Assembly: GCA_026023565.1 (NCBI GenBank)
Contig: JAPETS010000012.1
Span: 743,116 to 763,115, forward strand
From: Cirrosporium novae-zelandiae
Taxonomy: Eukaryota
Direction: 5' to 3'
Length of the DNA stretch: 20,000 bases
A model generated the notes under the pieces. It was not told the DNA's origin and searched no databases. It saw nothing but the letters and a program-made list of their open reading frames with translations. Of the stretch, positions 1 to 11,429 are shown in pieces; the stretch's first letter is position 1; each line of letters starts with the position of its first letter. Position numbers and translations under genes: made by a program.

Positions 1-118
1 TCGAGATATGGAAATTATCATTCTAATTCCCAAATTACCATTCTACCCCCATCAATCCCCACACCAAAAAAAATCCACAACTCCTTCCCTTCCCCGTTCT
101 TCCCCCCCCCCCTCCAAT

Positions 119-123
119 AAAAA
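119..123 (-). terminator. RNA polymerase III terminator (T5) of tRNA-Ile
   Basis: TTTTT on the minus strand 11 nt downstream of the discriminator base. Confidence 0.7.
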
Positions 124-134
124 TTATCAACTCC

Positions 135-219
135 TGGTCAGTACGGGGGTCGAACCCGCGACATCCGCGTTACACTTTGCGTATTAGCACGGCGCTCTAA
201 CCAACTGAGCTAACCGACC
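135..219 (-). tRNA. tRNA-Ile (anticodon AAT) with 11-nt intron (171..181)
   Basis: Minus strand GGTCGGT TA GCTC AGTTGGTTA GAGC G CCGTG CT AAT A [CGCAAAGTGTA] A CGCGG ATGTC GCGGG TTCGACC CCCGT ACTGACC A: acceptor, D, anticodon and T stems all pair; A and B boxes present; intron at the canonical 37/38 position; discriminator A. Confidence 0.96.
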
Positions 220-363
220 ATTTTCCTGTGGGAGTTTTGTGATTTGATGGAAAGGTGGGCGCGTTAGTGGGAATATGAGTGAGCGTGGGTGTGGGGGTTC
301 GGAGATTCGGAGATGGGGAAGAAGTGGGAATGGAGGAGGTTGTTGGATTTTATTTTTTATTAC

Positions 364-384
364 TATTATTATTATTATTATTAT
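364..384. repeat. (TAT)7 microsatellite
   Basis: Read directly in the AT-rich intergenic region between the tRNA and the TMEM135-like gene. Confidence 0.9.
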
Positions 385-725
385 TTGTTGTGAAATGAAG
401 AGGAGATGAGATGAGATGAAAAAAATATGTCTAAAGATATAAGTAAAAAAATATTAAAGGGGATATGTATGGTGTGGGTAGGTATAAATTTTTTTTTTTT
501 ACATATTTATGAACAAGGGTAATTTACATCAGTTTCGAACTATGTTACAAAACTCTTTTTTGATTGATCGAGATAGGACGTAGACATACATTATATATGC
601 TATTATTGAAATTAGGAGGAATAGCTAGCTAAAGGAGCTGGCTCGTCATCATCTTTCATCATCTTTCGTACCCATTATTTCGGAAATGTCATTGCTGACT
701 GACTGACAAGCAAGTCAATTTATAT

Positions 726-2506
726 TTACTCTTCTTTCTTCCCTTCCGTCTTGTCCTTCTCCTTCTTTCCATCCGCTCCATCTACCGCTTTATCACCCCA
801 TCCATCTCCCCTCAGAATCCCCATCCCTTTCCTCAACATGCCATCGGTAACCGCCTCTGGGTCAACCTCATAGACCACATTAACCAGCGTCAACCCCAAG
901 ACAAAGAACCCTAGATCGACCCCCATTCTCCTTTTCCACCATCCTCGTTTTGAGCCCACCTTCATCAGACTATCCAGACTCGCTCGCGTGCTATACAGGA
1001 AAGCCGGTCTCCCGTTTTTCTTGGCTAGAATGGCCCAGAATCCAGCCAAGAACCCAGCAAGACAGAAGCGCTGGGTCGGGAAAAAGTTACGAGGGAAAGT
1101 GTTGATAAAGAGGCAGATGGAGGCCCATGCAGTGCCGATGGAACCTGAGATAAAGAGAGAGGAGCGGAGGACATTATGGAGTATATCAGTGATGAAGCTG
1201 ATGGGAGAAGAAAGTAGTTTCTGGTACTTCGGGATCGAGAATGCGGTAAATATTAGAGCAAGGTATTTGGCGAGCTGTGGAATGGAGAGAAGAAAGTGTT
1301 GGAGGTAGGGCAGGAGACAGGAGGGTGTTCCCGGGTGAATAAGAGCGCAGGAGAGGGAGGTATGAATGGGATGCGCGGAAGAGGTTATGGGATCGAGGTT
1401 GGTAAGAGAGGGCGGGAGGGTTTCTGGTTGGTCGGGGAATAGAATTGGGGATGTGAATGCTCTGTAGATAGGTTATTATTGACATAACACGCCTTGGGGT
1501 GGTGGACTCACGGCCAATTCAATTTAGCCATTTCACCTAACCCATCGGCGATTTCGAGTGTGGTTGGCCAGGAGAGATGCGAAGGGTAATCTGCTGGTCG
1601 ACGTTGGATATAATTTGGAGTATTTTTGAGTATAAAAGTCCCGAATTCCTTTTCTCCAGTCAGTACTTAGGTGAGTGTCCCATTTTGCAAAGATTAGTTA
1701 TCTATACCTCCGGGAAACAATCTCGATCAAATATAAAAGCGTGGAGCAGCTGTCCAAATGTCAAGGGTTGGAGCATCCAGCTTCCAAACCACCATGGTCT
1801 ATCCTTAAACCATCCTTCATTCTCAAGTGCATTGTAAGCAAATTGTAATCCGTTTGTAACGAAGAATATTGCAGCAGTTAGCCGGAGCTGTTCTTCAGGA
1901 TAAACGCCCAACGCGAATCCTGCAAGACTGGCTCCAACCGCGGGTGCGAGAGAGGATGTAAGAGCTTTGGAGACCCGAGGATTTCGTCGTCGGAAGGGTA
2001 GCGCATTTTGGTGGAGAAGATTAACACGGAGACGAACAAAGAATCGACGGAGAATACGATGAAGAAGGAGGATTAATGAAAGGGAAAGGGGGAGACGAAA
2101 GTTGGGCGATTTAAGAAAGGGTATCTTCGGTTTGGCTCTAGTTATATCAATTAGCATAAGCACTTCTCCTCGGCATACAAGAGTCATACTTTTCCACAGC
2201 GCCTTTCTTGAATAGCTGCGATTTGACAACATCAATCAATTTTAGTCCCGCTGATACAGCAATAAACACCCGTAGAGCCGCCCGAACAGTAGCAATATTA
2301 TAATCATCTTTCGACTTGACAATGGCTTCGTATCTGGACGGAGAAGGAACCTTCCTCTTCACGACAGGCGGACTCCGCGTCAGTAGGTATTTATGCAGAG
2401 TCTCGTACTCTTGAGCGGAAAGGCTGTAGCGGAGCGCATTGCGAACGATGACATCGCTTGTCGCTTTCGACGTGGAGGGAGGCGGCGAGGAATCCTGCGA
2501 AGCCAT
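726..2506 (-). CDS. TMEM135-like integral membrane protein (PMP52-related), ~539 aa; exons 2506-2190, 2137-1708, 1648-1512, 1461-726
   Basis: Introns 2189-2138 (GTATGA..GCTAAT..TAG), 1707-1649 (GTATAG..CTGAC..AAG) and 1511-1462 (GTGAGT..CAG) join the ORF fragments into one 1620-nt frame. The protein has several hydrophobic helices, 'GQLLHAFIFDRDCFP' and a Cys motif 'SCALIHPGTPSC' resembling the TMEM135 Cys-rich C-xx-x-H-P-xxx-S-C. Gene structure is more certain than the family name. Confidence 0.8.
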
Positions 2507-2593
2507 GTAAAGGGAGAGAAGAACGCGATATCACATCTGCGAATGATATTTATGCGACTCTTCTGATATCCCAGAGAATGCTACTTTCGGAGA

Positions 2594-2599
2594 CCTCGG
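2594..2599. promoter_or_regulatory. Candidate FarA/FarB (Ctf1-type) fatty-acid response element CCTCGG; second copy at 2885-2890
   Basis: CCTCGG 88 bp and ~380 bp upstream of the TMEM135-like ATG; hexamer match only. Confidence 0.35.
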
Positions 2600-3417
2600 A
2601 AGCTTTTGCCGAATTAAAGGGAGGAGTGGAGAGTAATTATTGATAATTGGAAGAGCAAGGAGATAAGGTCATTCATCGGGAAGTGGACAAACACCACTAG
2701 GAGTGAATGGCCCTCAGTCTCCACGAAATTTGGGTGATTTAACAAGTCATGCAAGAACTCTTCGTTCAACAAGGTATTACATCTATATTTCTATATAGAA
2801 AACCACTGTTGATGCTGGAAGTTGAAATCCAAAGTTGCATTTCTTTGGGTTAAGGTGCGCCGGCTATAGCCCCTTTGCCCCCAACCTCGGCGTTCTTTAA
2901 ATCCCCAGGTTTTGGCTTGGTCCACGTTGTATAGTTCCTGGGGTTTTACCCACTTCCCGATAATTACGCTACGTCCTGAATGGGTTTACCCTGATCATCC
3001 ACCTTGAACCCTCTGCGGTTGACAATAAGGCACCAATAGAGATTGCCTGGTCTCCTGTGGTAAGATCTGATGTAATCTTTAAGGCTCTTTGACTACGGGC
3101 GAACTTAATGACAGGTGTAGCAAAAAAAAGATATTGAACAGCTAACATTCATTCCATCTATCACTATCATAACTATCGGTTAGAGACTATACGGTACTTA
3201 GCTACTGTCAAGTTTGCAGCGCCCAGGAGGTTCTACCGAAAGTAGTCGCTATTCATCGATACAACACACAAAGCACAGCAAAAATGCGACACATAAGAAC
3301 CCCGTATAGGTGCCTTCACGCACGTGGGTATCATAACTAATCATCTCATCCTATCCATGTGGAAACCATTCTCGCCGTATTACCTTGCCTAATTCCCATC
3401 CGAAACCCTTAACCTGG

Positions 3418-6400
3418 TTACCAGAAAGAACACCAACCGATATAATGCTGGCACAAGTTCTCTGTACTGACAGCCTGCGCGATCAGTTTGTCAACTTGTT
3501 CGCTGACGCTGAGCTTCTCATTCGGTTTGAAATCTCTGCCTGTGAGTTTCTCGCGGACCCTAGCCAACACTTGCAAAGCTCGTTCATTTCTGACTTCGCG
3601 GTTGTCACTGTTGGTGCCGTTTTGAGGATCCAAGGTACCGGGATCAATGACAGACGGGCGACGGCGGCGAAGTGATGAAGGAGACTGTGCACGCTTGAGC
3701 TCACCCACGTCTTCAATAATGGAGGCACGGCGTTCCGAATGAAAGTTAGGACGTGCCGGGGATTCTCGACTGTTGAGACGCCAATTGAGGAGCGGATCAT
3801 GGATGAACTGATTAGAATTACATTAGTAGGTCGTAGATGATCAAGTGGAAGTGGGAACTTACAGCTTCGAGGACAGCCATGACAGATTCCTTGTTTTCCC
3901 TCAACACTCTCATGACGGCTTCACAAGTGATACGATAGCTGCCTTCAATATTACTGACTTCCATAGCATACGTTAACATGCGCGTAAGTCGGAAAGGCAC
4001 ACGCTCAGGATATTTTTCACGATGCATGGCCACTTCGAAGCAGTCACCGAAATCAATGTGAATGATTTTTCCGGTGATACGATCAAGCATCAAGTTGGAA
4101 GGATGACGATCACCAAGTCCAAGAATGTAGCCCACCATCGACATGACAGCCAAGGAGCGAGTGTAATTCGTGCGGCGGTCGAGCCAGGATTCGGAACTCT
4201 TAGATTTGAGCCAGAGAACACGGTATAGATCCTTGCCAGTTGTGTTGTTCATCGCATACGTAAAAACTTCGACCTTTTGCATAAGCGTGAGGTTGTCGTA
4301 GTCAGGAGCCATCTGGAGCATAATACGATGTTCGATATTAAGAAGGATCCGACGTGTTTCACGATATTCTTTGATGAGATTATGGAGGGTATCGCTGTTC
4401 GGGACCCACCCAAGGAGACCAGAATTCTGTGACAGTGGAATAGCCGGGAAACCCTGAATGTTAAGATGGCGCTTAAAGCTCTCGCTATCATTAGTCAACA
4501 GAGTATTGACGAGGCCGAATAATTGCATGACTCGTTCATCTTGGCGAATATCCTCATGACCCTTCAAGGCATAGGTGTATGAATTGCCATCACTCCCCAT
4601 GAGAGCCATCTTCCGAGGGCGTTGTTTGGACTGGATGACCGTAAAGATTGGATCAAAGCTCTGAATGCAAATGATGGGCTTGCCACTCTTGTAGGTACCA
4701 GGAACAGCCAAATCCAAGTCCTTGGCCTCCTTGAGTTTGGGAGAGACGAACTTGAGATCCAGCATCATTAGCTGAGGAAGCTGTCGAGCAATCTTGCGGA
4801 AGACGGTATAGTAAAGATCCCAAGCTTGGTTGAGGTCCCCAGTCTCTCCGGTCTGCTTGTAAAGGTTGCAGAAATGAAGAGCCTCGCTGAGATCACGGCC
4901 AAAGGCTTGAGTAAAGGATATCTCACGAAGAGTTTCCGGGCCCTTTGTAATCATATCATGTAGTGGGGCCAATGTTTCAAACATGCCTTCAATATTATGG
5001 TCACCAAAATACAGTCTGGAAGCTTCTTCAAGCCCTTCATGCCAAAGCTCGTGCCAAAGAACAGCAACGCGGATGAGTTCATGGCTGACAAGATCGGCCT
5101 GCTCGACCAATTTGGAACTGTGCTGTCGCATGCTATCCATGATTTGACCGGCAGAATGAGATCGGCGAGCGACATTTGATTTCATTGCTACAGTCAGCGG
5201 ATACACCAATGCTTGGGGATGGGCTTTTCCAACTTCGGACAAGAGCCTATGGATAGATGAACGGACACGTGCATTGGGTTGGTTGATCCGAGCAATTAAT
5301 TGTGGAATAACTTCCAGCCAAGTATCAATGCTGACGGAAGAGAATCCCTCAGTCACTATGGAATTAACGTCTGCATCTCCTCCATGTGCAAACCAAAGCG
5401 TGAGAAGCCTCAAGGTATCCTGAAGCGAGCTGCTCGAGGACAACGAGATAGATTTGAAGAATCCTGAGATGGCTGGCAAGACGTGATCCAAGATTATTTG
5501 ATGACTCGCTACAGTGGTACTATGCTCTGCTTGAGAGGTAATGTTTGAGACAACTTCAAAGTTCGCAAGAGCCCATGCGTGCCACCCTTTGTAAGACTTC
5601 TCATTATGCTGAGTCGCCTTTTGATATGAATTTAGAATCTCTCGAACATGGACTGGATTCATGTCTCCTTGGTGCATAAACGTCTGCCATTGTCCTTGCT
5701 TGAGATAGCATTTGGCTAGAAGTATCTTGAACTTTTCGGGCTCGTTGATGATGCGCTGATGAGGCGCACCGTCGGCGATATGAGAATCCACAACACCATT
5801 CGAGGCATGTATTTGATTACTGCTATTAACCCCGTTCTGTTGAGCCTGATTGACGATAGCATTATGGGCAGCAAGGTCGTCAGACATTTGACCAGTGAAT
5901 TCCCGAAGATATGAAAGAGCTTCATCTTGATAGCCTGTGGCCCACATGTACTTTAGCTGAGCATAGTTGACTTCTGGTGGAGCAGCACGACTGGAAATGT
6001 CGGTTGCATTATTACTTGTTAGATTAACAAGAGAATTCAAGGACTTTTCAGCTAGACCAATGCGATTCGATTTGCGACAAAGGTTGGCAAATTTGATCCA
6101 CATGTCCAAGTTTTCTAGTGGAGAAACAACCAAGGATCGCACCTTAAGCATACGTTGCCAGACTTCGACATTTTGTTGACAACCAAGGAGACGTTTTGCC
6201 CAAGTTGCTCGCATCATCTCCTGCTTCTCTGTATCACTTGAGTATTGTTTGTATGTGATTATTTCTTCAAGTTCAGCAAGCATTTGAGTTCGAACAACAC
6301 CATTGTATGCACGAGCATACGACTCATTCAGGAGTGCAGAGAGCTCCTTGTTCAAGACAGTGCGAGCCTGTTCAATATGCATAGAGGCCTCTTCGAATTG

Positions 6401-9400
6401 ATTTCGATTTAGTGCAACGATAGCACCAAAGAATGAGCGGTCGGCAGTATTCTCCTTCATCACACTAAGGTAGTTGTCCATCAATTCCCATTGCCCAAGA
6501 CCCCAAGCTGCAGCGGCTGCCAAAGGAGCAATAAGACGACGGTTTTCGACCGATTCTTGGTTCCATTTGTCTTGAGCCAAGTTAGAAAGCACATCCCATT
6601 CGCCGAGAGCGTGAAGGCATCGCATTTTGCCTTTGACAATCTCGAAAGAGTCGGGCTCATCAGCCTCTCTCTTTTGGTAAGCTGCGAGAGCCTCTTCCCA
6701 ACGCTGCAATTTCTCGAACCAGGTTTCTTTAAGCTCGACATCTCGATACATCTGCGCTTTTCTCAAAATGCCAATAGCCGCATCAGTCTGTTGGAGCTGG
6801 TTATTGATGCTGATTAGAGCCTCTACTGCGAGTGAGGTCTGCTCCTGCTCAAACTCTAGCTCCTTGTAGTGGAGTGCTTTCGCCCAGGCGTGACATTTGG
6901 CCGCATGGGCACCCAATACCCGGATATCAATTGGAAGAGCTTTGTCATCGTGCTCCATAAACTCGGCAAGATTTAGCAAGATCTGAAGGATCTCGGGGGG
7001 CATTTCGGGAGATGTGAGGGCCTTTTCAAGGGACGACACCAACTGATCCTGATACTGGTCATAAAGTTCAGTCCAACACGATACAAAGGCGGCATTGAAA
7101 AGGTCTTTCGCCAATGGTTGATAGATACTGGCAAGACTTGCGCAAGCTCGCAGAGCATGAGAAGGTGACTCTTTCAATAGTTCCACACTGAAACGGCGGA
7201 TCCATTCCTGCCAATCTTCTGCCGTCGATTTCTGCGACACCTCCCAGGCGTTTTTGAGATGCTGTTGGTTGACAGGGGGCTTGATTTGATTGACATCGGC
7301 CGAAGCGATATCAAGTGGTTGGTCGGTATAACGCTCCTGGGGACTGAGATCCTGTGGAAGCGAATCGCCTTTTTGCAACTTCGTAACAAGGATCTGATAG
7401 TTCTGATGTGGGATCTGATTCTTTTGTAGAACCTTGTTGATCATGGGGATATAAGGGATAAAATCAGTACCAAACTGAAATATCAGTGCGCAAATACAAT
7501 CAAGTGCAGCTTGTCGCAGGGTACGATCGCTTCCCCCGAGAATCCTTGATAGAGGATGAAGAAGCAAAGAAGCGTGATCAGAAATATTAACTTGCTTCGA
7601 AATCTTGGCAATGGTTTCAATCGCTGATTTTCGAAGTGATACAGGTACATTCTTCTTTTCGGCAAGCCTGATAGTAGGTGGAATCAACAAATGCATATAC
7701 TGCTCCGCACCAGCGCCAAAGACGAGGAAGGCGTGAAGAATTTTCTCAGACGGTATGCGGTTAGGGGTGGTATCTTTATCAAAGACATCAACCATCAGTG
7801 GAACAAAGTCAAGGAGAAATCGCTTGAATTCTCCTTCCAGAGCTTTTGAGATGGATTCAACCAATGACAATATTGTAGACTGCACTTGAGGTGAGACTTC
7901 CCAGTAGTCCCGGACAACTTTCAGGATATCTGGTAGATATTGACGAATATGCACTCGCACTATGGAGACTAAGATCGCAAGTTGATTGAAGTAGGTATCC
8001 AAGCGATTTGGACTAGAATTTCGAATAACGAGTATAAATCCCTCAACAACTTGTTTCAAAAATGGCACACATTTGAGACCTAGAGTCTTGAAGATATTGA
8101 CAATGGCGTCGATGACAGCCGAGTGATATTGGGTCAAGGAATTATCTTTGAGAATATTCTGAATCAAGGTCTGGAAAACCACCGTGGGATAGTATTCTTC
8201 GCTTGAGGGGGTGAGCCCTTGAGTGATGAGAGAAATATCAGAAACATTCTGTTCAGCGGTAGCCTCCCCGTATTCGGGTGCAGTTTCAATGACCTGTTGA
8301 TACTTGTAAGGGTCAAGTGCACCAAGGATTCCAATAAGTTTGATAGTCTCTTGACGTAATGGGCCCGATTCTTCGGTCTTGATGATATTCAGCAATATCG
8401 GAAGCAGCGAGGGATGGTCAAGATAAGGTTCAATAACATATCCAGAGCTGCTACAAATTTGTCCGAGAGCCCGTAATGCAGCAAGTCGTTTAGTATGGGA
8501 GCTTAGGTCAACTAAAGCTTCAATAACGATTGGCATAAGTTGAGGAATGTATTTCCGCATTGCTTCTCCGCCAATTTCAGAGAGTTCACCGATCGCCTTG
8601 ATGGATGTAGAAGCAACTCCAGCGTTGGAGTCAACTGCTTTGGGAAGTAAGATGCTAAGCATAGGATCGACATATGCCTTGATAAGTGTAGTGCCATTGG
8701 CAATGAAATGGCTCAGAAGCTGAGCGTTGTCCTCCTTGACCCTCGTGCTATTCGTATGTTTCAAACCTGTCAAGAGGTTGATTAATAGCTTCCGGAGGGC
8801 GGGAAATACATATGCTGGATTAACAGTTGTCAAGCGGCCAATGATGCTAATAGCAGCTTCTCTCACCGAAAAATCTTCATCGTTTACTGCAAGGAAAAGT
8901 GACCTAATGTTGTCTGGGTGAGCGAGATGGCGGTCGAAACGCGGATCTAAAGACAGAAGAACTGTTCGACGAATCTCAGGGTCAGGATCAGCAAGACATT
9001 GAGCCAAAAGCTTCTCGATGACCTCTCGAACAACCTTCACGGCATTATAACTAGTCTGGTGCACGATAGGATCTCTGATGAAGATTTGGCAGGAAGTAAG
9101 GGCCGCAGCCTTTCTAATTTCTGGGTTGTCGTTGTCAACGTACTTGATCGCAACATCACGAACAAATTCGTTCAGGATATGTCCTGAGAAATCAAAACTC
9201 CCCAATGTGACCAATGCCAATGCAATCTCAGCATCTGAGTGATGGGCGGTGGCACGATTGTAGTCCCGAGCATATGCTGGGAGTGGTGGAACTTTGTCAT
9301 TTGGGCATCCAACAGGTTTGAAAGCAGTACCACAAAGAACAATACTCAACAAATCAAGTAACTTGTCTTGAATTCTAGTCTTGATGGGCGGGATATAGTG

Positions 9401-10745
9401 TGCCATGTCAACAAGCGCCTGAGTTAAAGACTCGCTAAGTCCACAAGCAAACATCGGATCCATGAGTGCTTCCATGTATTTGGTAAGAGTCTGGCCAACG
9501 GCTATCGCAAGCATGCTGATACATTCAAACATTGGGCCTTCATCTGTCAGGCGACCTCGGACCTTCAGGCTAAGTGCCTCTCGGATGTGCACCAAGATAG
9601 AATCAAGGTAAGGGGCAATGGCACTACCTACGGCGCTCGCAATCTTGCCCACCGCAATGAATGCAGAATTTCTCTCTTTATCCTTCTTCAGCAGCCCTTG
9701 GAGGTACACCATAAACTTATGTAGGTAGTTCCCTACAAAGTCAAGAGGGGAATAGGCAGCGAGAATAGGGATCATAGCGACAACTTGTGATCGGATCTTT
9801 GGATCGCGATGCTCTTTGAGTCGTAAGGTGATTTCACAGGCATTGTGATAATGTTCTTGCATGAACATTCCTCCTTTGAGTAAGAGTTCTCTAATAATCA
9901 AGAGAGACCCATGTGTCGCATCGATGTTGTTAGTTTTGAAGCCATTAATTGACTCATCGTACATTCTAAGAAAATAAGCCAATCAGTAGCCATCGAGACT
10001 CTTATCAAAGAATGAGCCTTACCGTGAGAACCATCGTTGTCGTACTTGTGTATCCCGAGCAAGGATAATCTCAAAGCAAGCACTGACCGCTTCTGCCGCA
10101 GTCTCGCGAATCAAAACTTTTGGGTCCCGTACCGCAACCCATATGAGTTCAAGGATAGAGGGAACATGGCCGTAGAGCAAGGTGGGAGCGTTCTTAGCTA
10201 GCTCTCGTATAACCAAGACCGCAGCAAACCGTCGATTTTCTTGGCGATCTGATTGTAGCCATTCCAGTGCAGACTGCGTCTCACTTTCAACCAGCTCAGT
10301 CACGAGTGCCCCTCCAGGTCTTGCAAGGCGGCCGATGGCTCTAGCCGCGTAAACAATAACAGTGTTGTCATTGAACCTCAATGCATGTCTAAGATAGCTC
10401 ACGAATCTTGTCGTTTTCTGAGCGGCGTCGACACCGTCGAAGTCGATGAGGCGATCTAAGGCTTGAATACCGGCGATTTTCTCATTTGGGTCGGTAGAGG
10501 TAACGATGAGCTGAGATATAAATTGAACAGCTTTGTTGTAGTAATCTTGGAATTTATCTGGTGTATAGTCTTCGTATACAGTCAGCAAAGTCCATCTAAA
10601 GTGGATTGAAGGCTCAGAGCTCACCTTTGGATACAAGGTGTATATGCTCTCTGAGCTCATAAGTAGCTTTCAGGCGGATCTCTTCATTTCGGGAACGTAG
10701 ATCACCGAAAATTCGTTGCAGCTCAGACTGCGTCGCTGACGCCAT
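3418..10745 (-). CDS. tor: Serine/threonine-protein kinase TOR (PIKK family), ~2386 aa; exons 10745-10625, 10569-10023, 9965-3863, 3807-3418
   Basis: HEAT repeats, FAT domain, FRB domain (LWHELWHEGLEEASRLYF..DLNQAWDLYYTVFRKI, rapamycin-binding Ser retained), kinase motifs (LKGHEDIRQDERVMQLF, GLGDRHPSN, IDFGDCF) and FATC end (LCQHYIGWCSFW*). Introns 10624-10570 (GTGAGC..CTGAC..AAG), 10022-9966 (GTAAGG..CTGAT..TAG), 3862-3808 (GTAAGT..CTAAT..CAG); spliced length 7161 nt, in frame. An alternative in-frame ATG lies at 10922. Confidence 0.98.
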
Positions 10746-11429
10746 AATGGAATCTTTCCATATGGCGGGCGCGTCAGTTGGCCTTTGGAGAATAAAAGAT
10801 GAAGGATAAGGAGAGTTGACGTAAGGTAGTTGAGGTGCTTGTTGTTGAGCAGCTTGTAAGGCCTCGGCGAATTCAAGTTCACTTGGCTCGTCGAATTCGA
10901 AGAGACCTTGCTCAGGTTCCATAATTGCTTAGGCTGCCAAATGGTTGGTGAATTGTGGCTGGGACGGAGATTATATTCGCCGATTGGCTGTCTTCATTTT
11001 TGGCTTGAAGGTGGGTTGATGTTGTGGCGGTGCATGTGTGGCGTGTGTGAATTTGATTCACAGGTCTTTGACTCGCTCTAAGCGCGCGTCAATTTGCTAT
11101 CAAGTTTTCTTTTAAGCACGTATCTAGACCTGTACCCGGCATTGTACGGCTCTATATTTTCCAACTTCTTAGTTCAAGTATGCGATACAATATGACATGT
11201 CTAAGTCTTATAATAATGCTCCTCTACGCTTTGTCGCCCGCTAATGCTAAGAAAATATGCTGACTTCGGCGCCAAAAAGGTTAACGAAGATAAGCCAGCA
11301 CGTGGCCAGTAGTTAAAGGCGAATATATCTATATCATCAGTGACTCAAAAAGGCGGGGGATAATAGATTACTACATAGTTAAGGGATATTTCACAAATCT
11401 TGCCTCCCTAGCTGTTAAGGTCTCTAAGA

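Noticed and set aside
4790..5090. Possible rapamycin-resistant TOR variant
   Set aside because: The FRB Ser (LEEASRLYF) and the Trp/Tyr/Phe contacts (QAWDLYYTVF) are all retained.
3385..9187. Many short antisense and alternative-frame ORFs inside TOR
   Set aside because: Shadow ORFs of a long coding exon; no recognisable motifs.
1649..10572. AAG 3' splice acceptors in TMEM135-like intron 2 and TOR intron 1
   Set aside because: A less common but ordinary acceptor class in fungi; both restore conserved reading frames.
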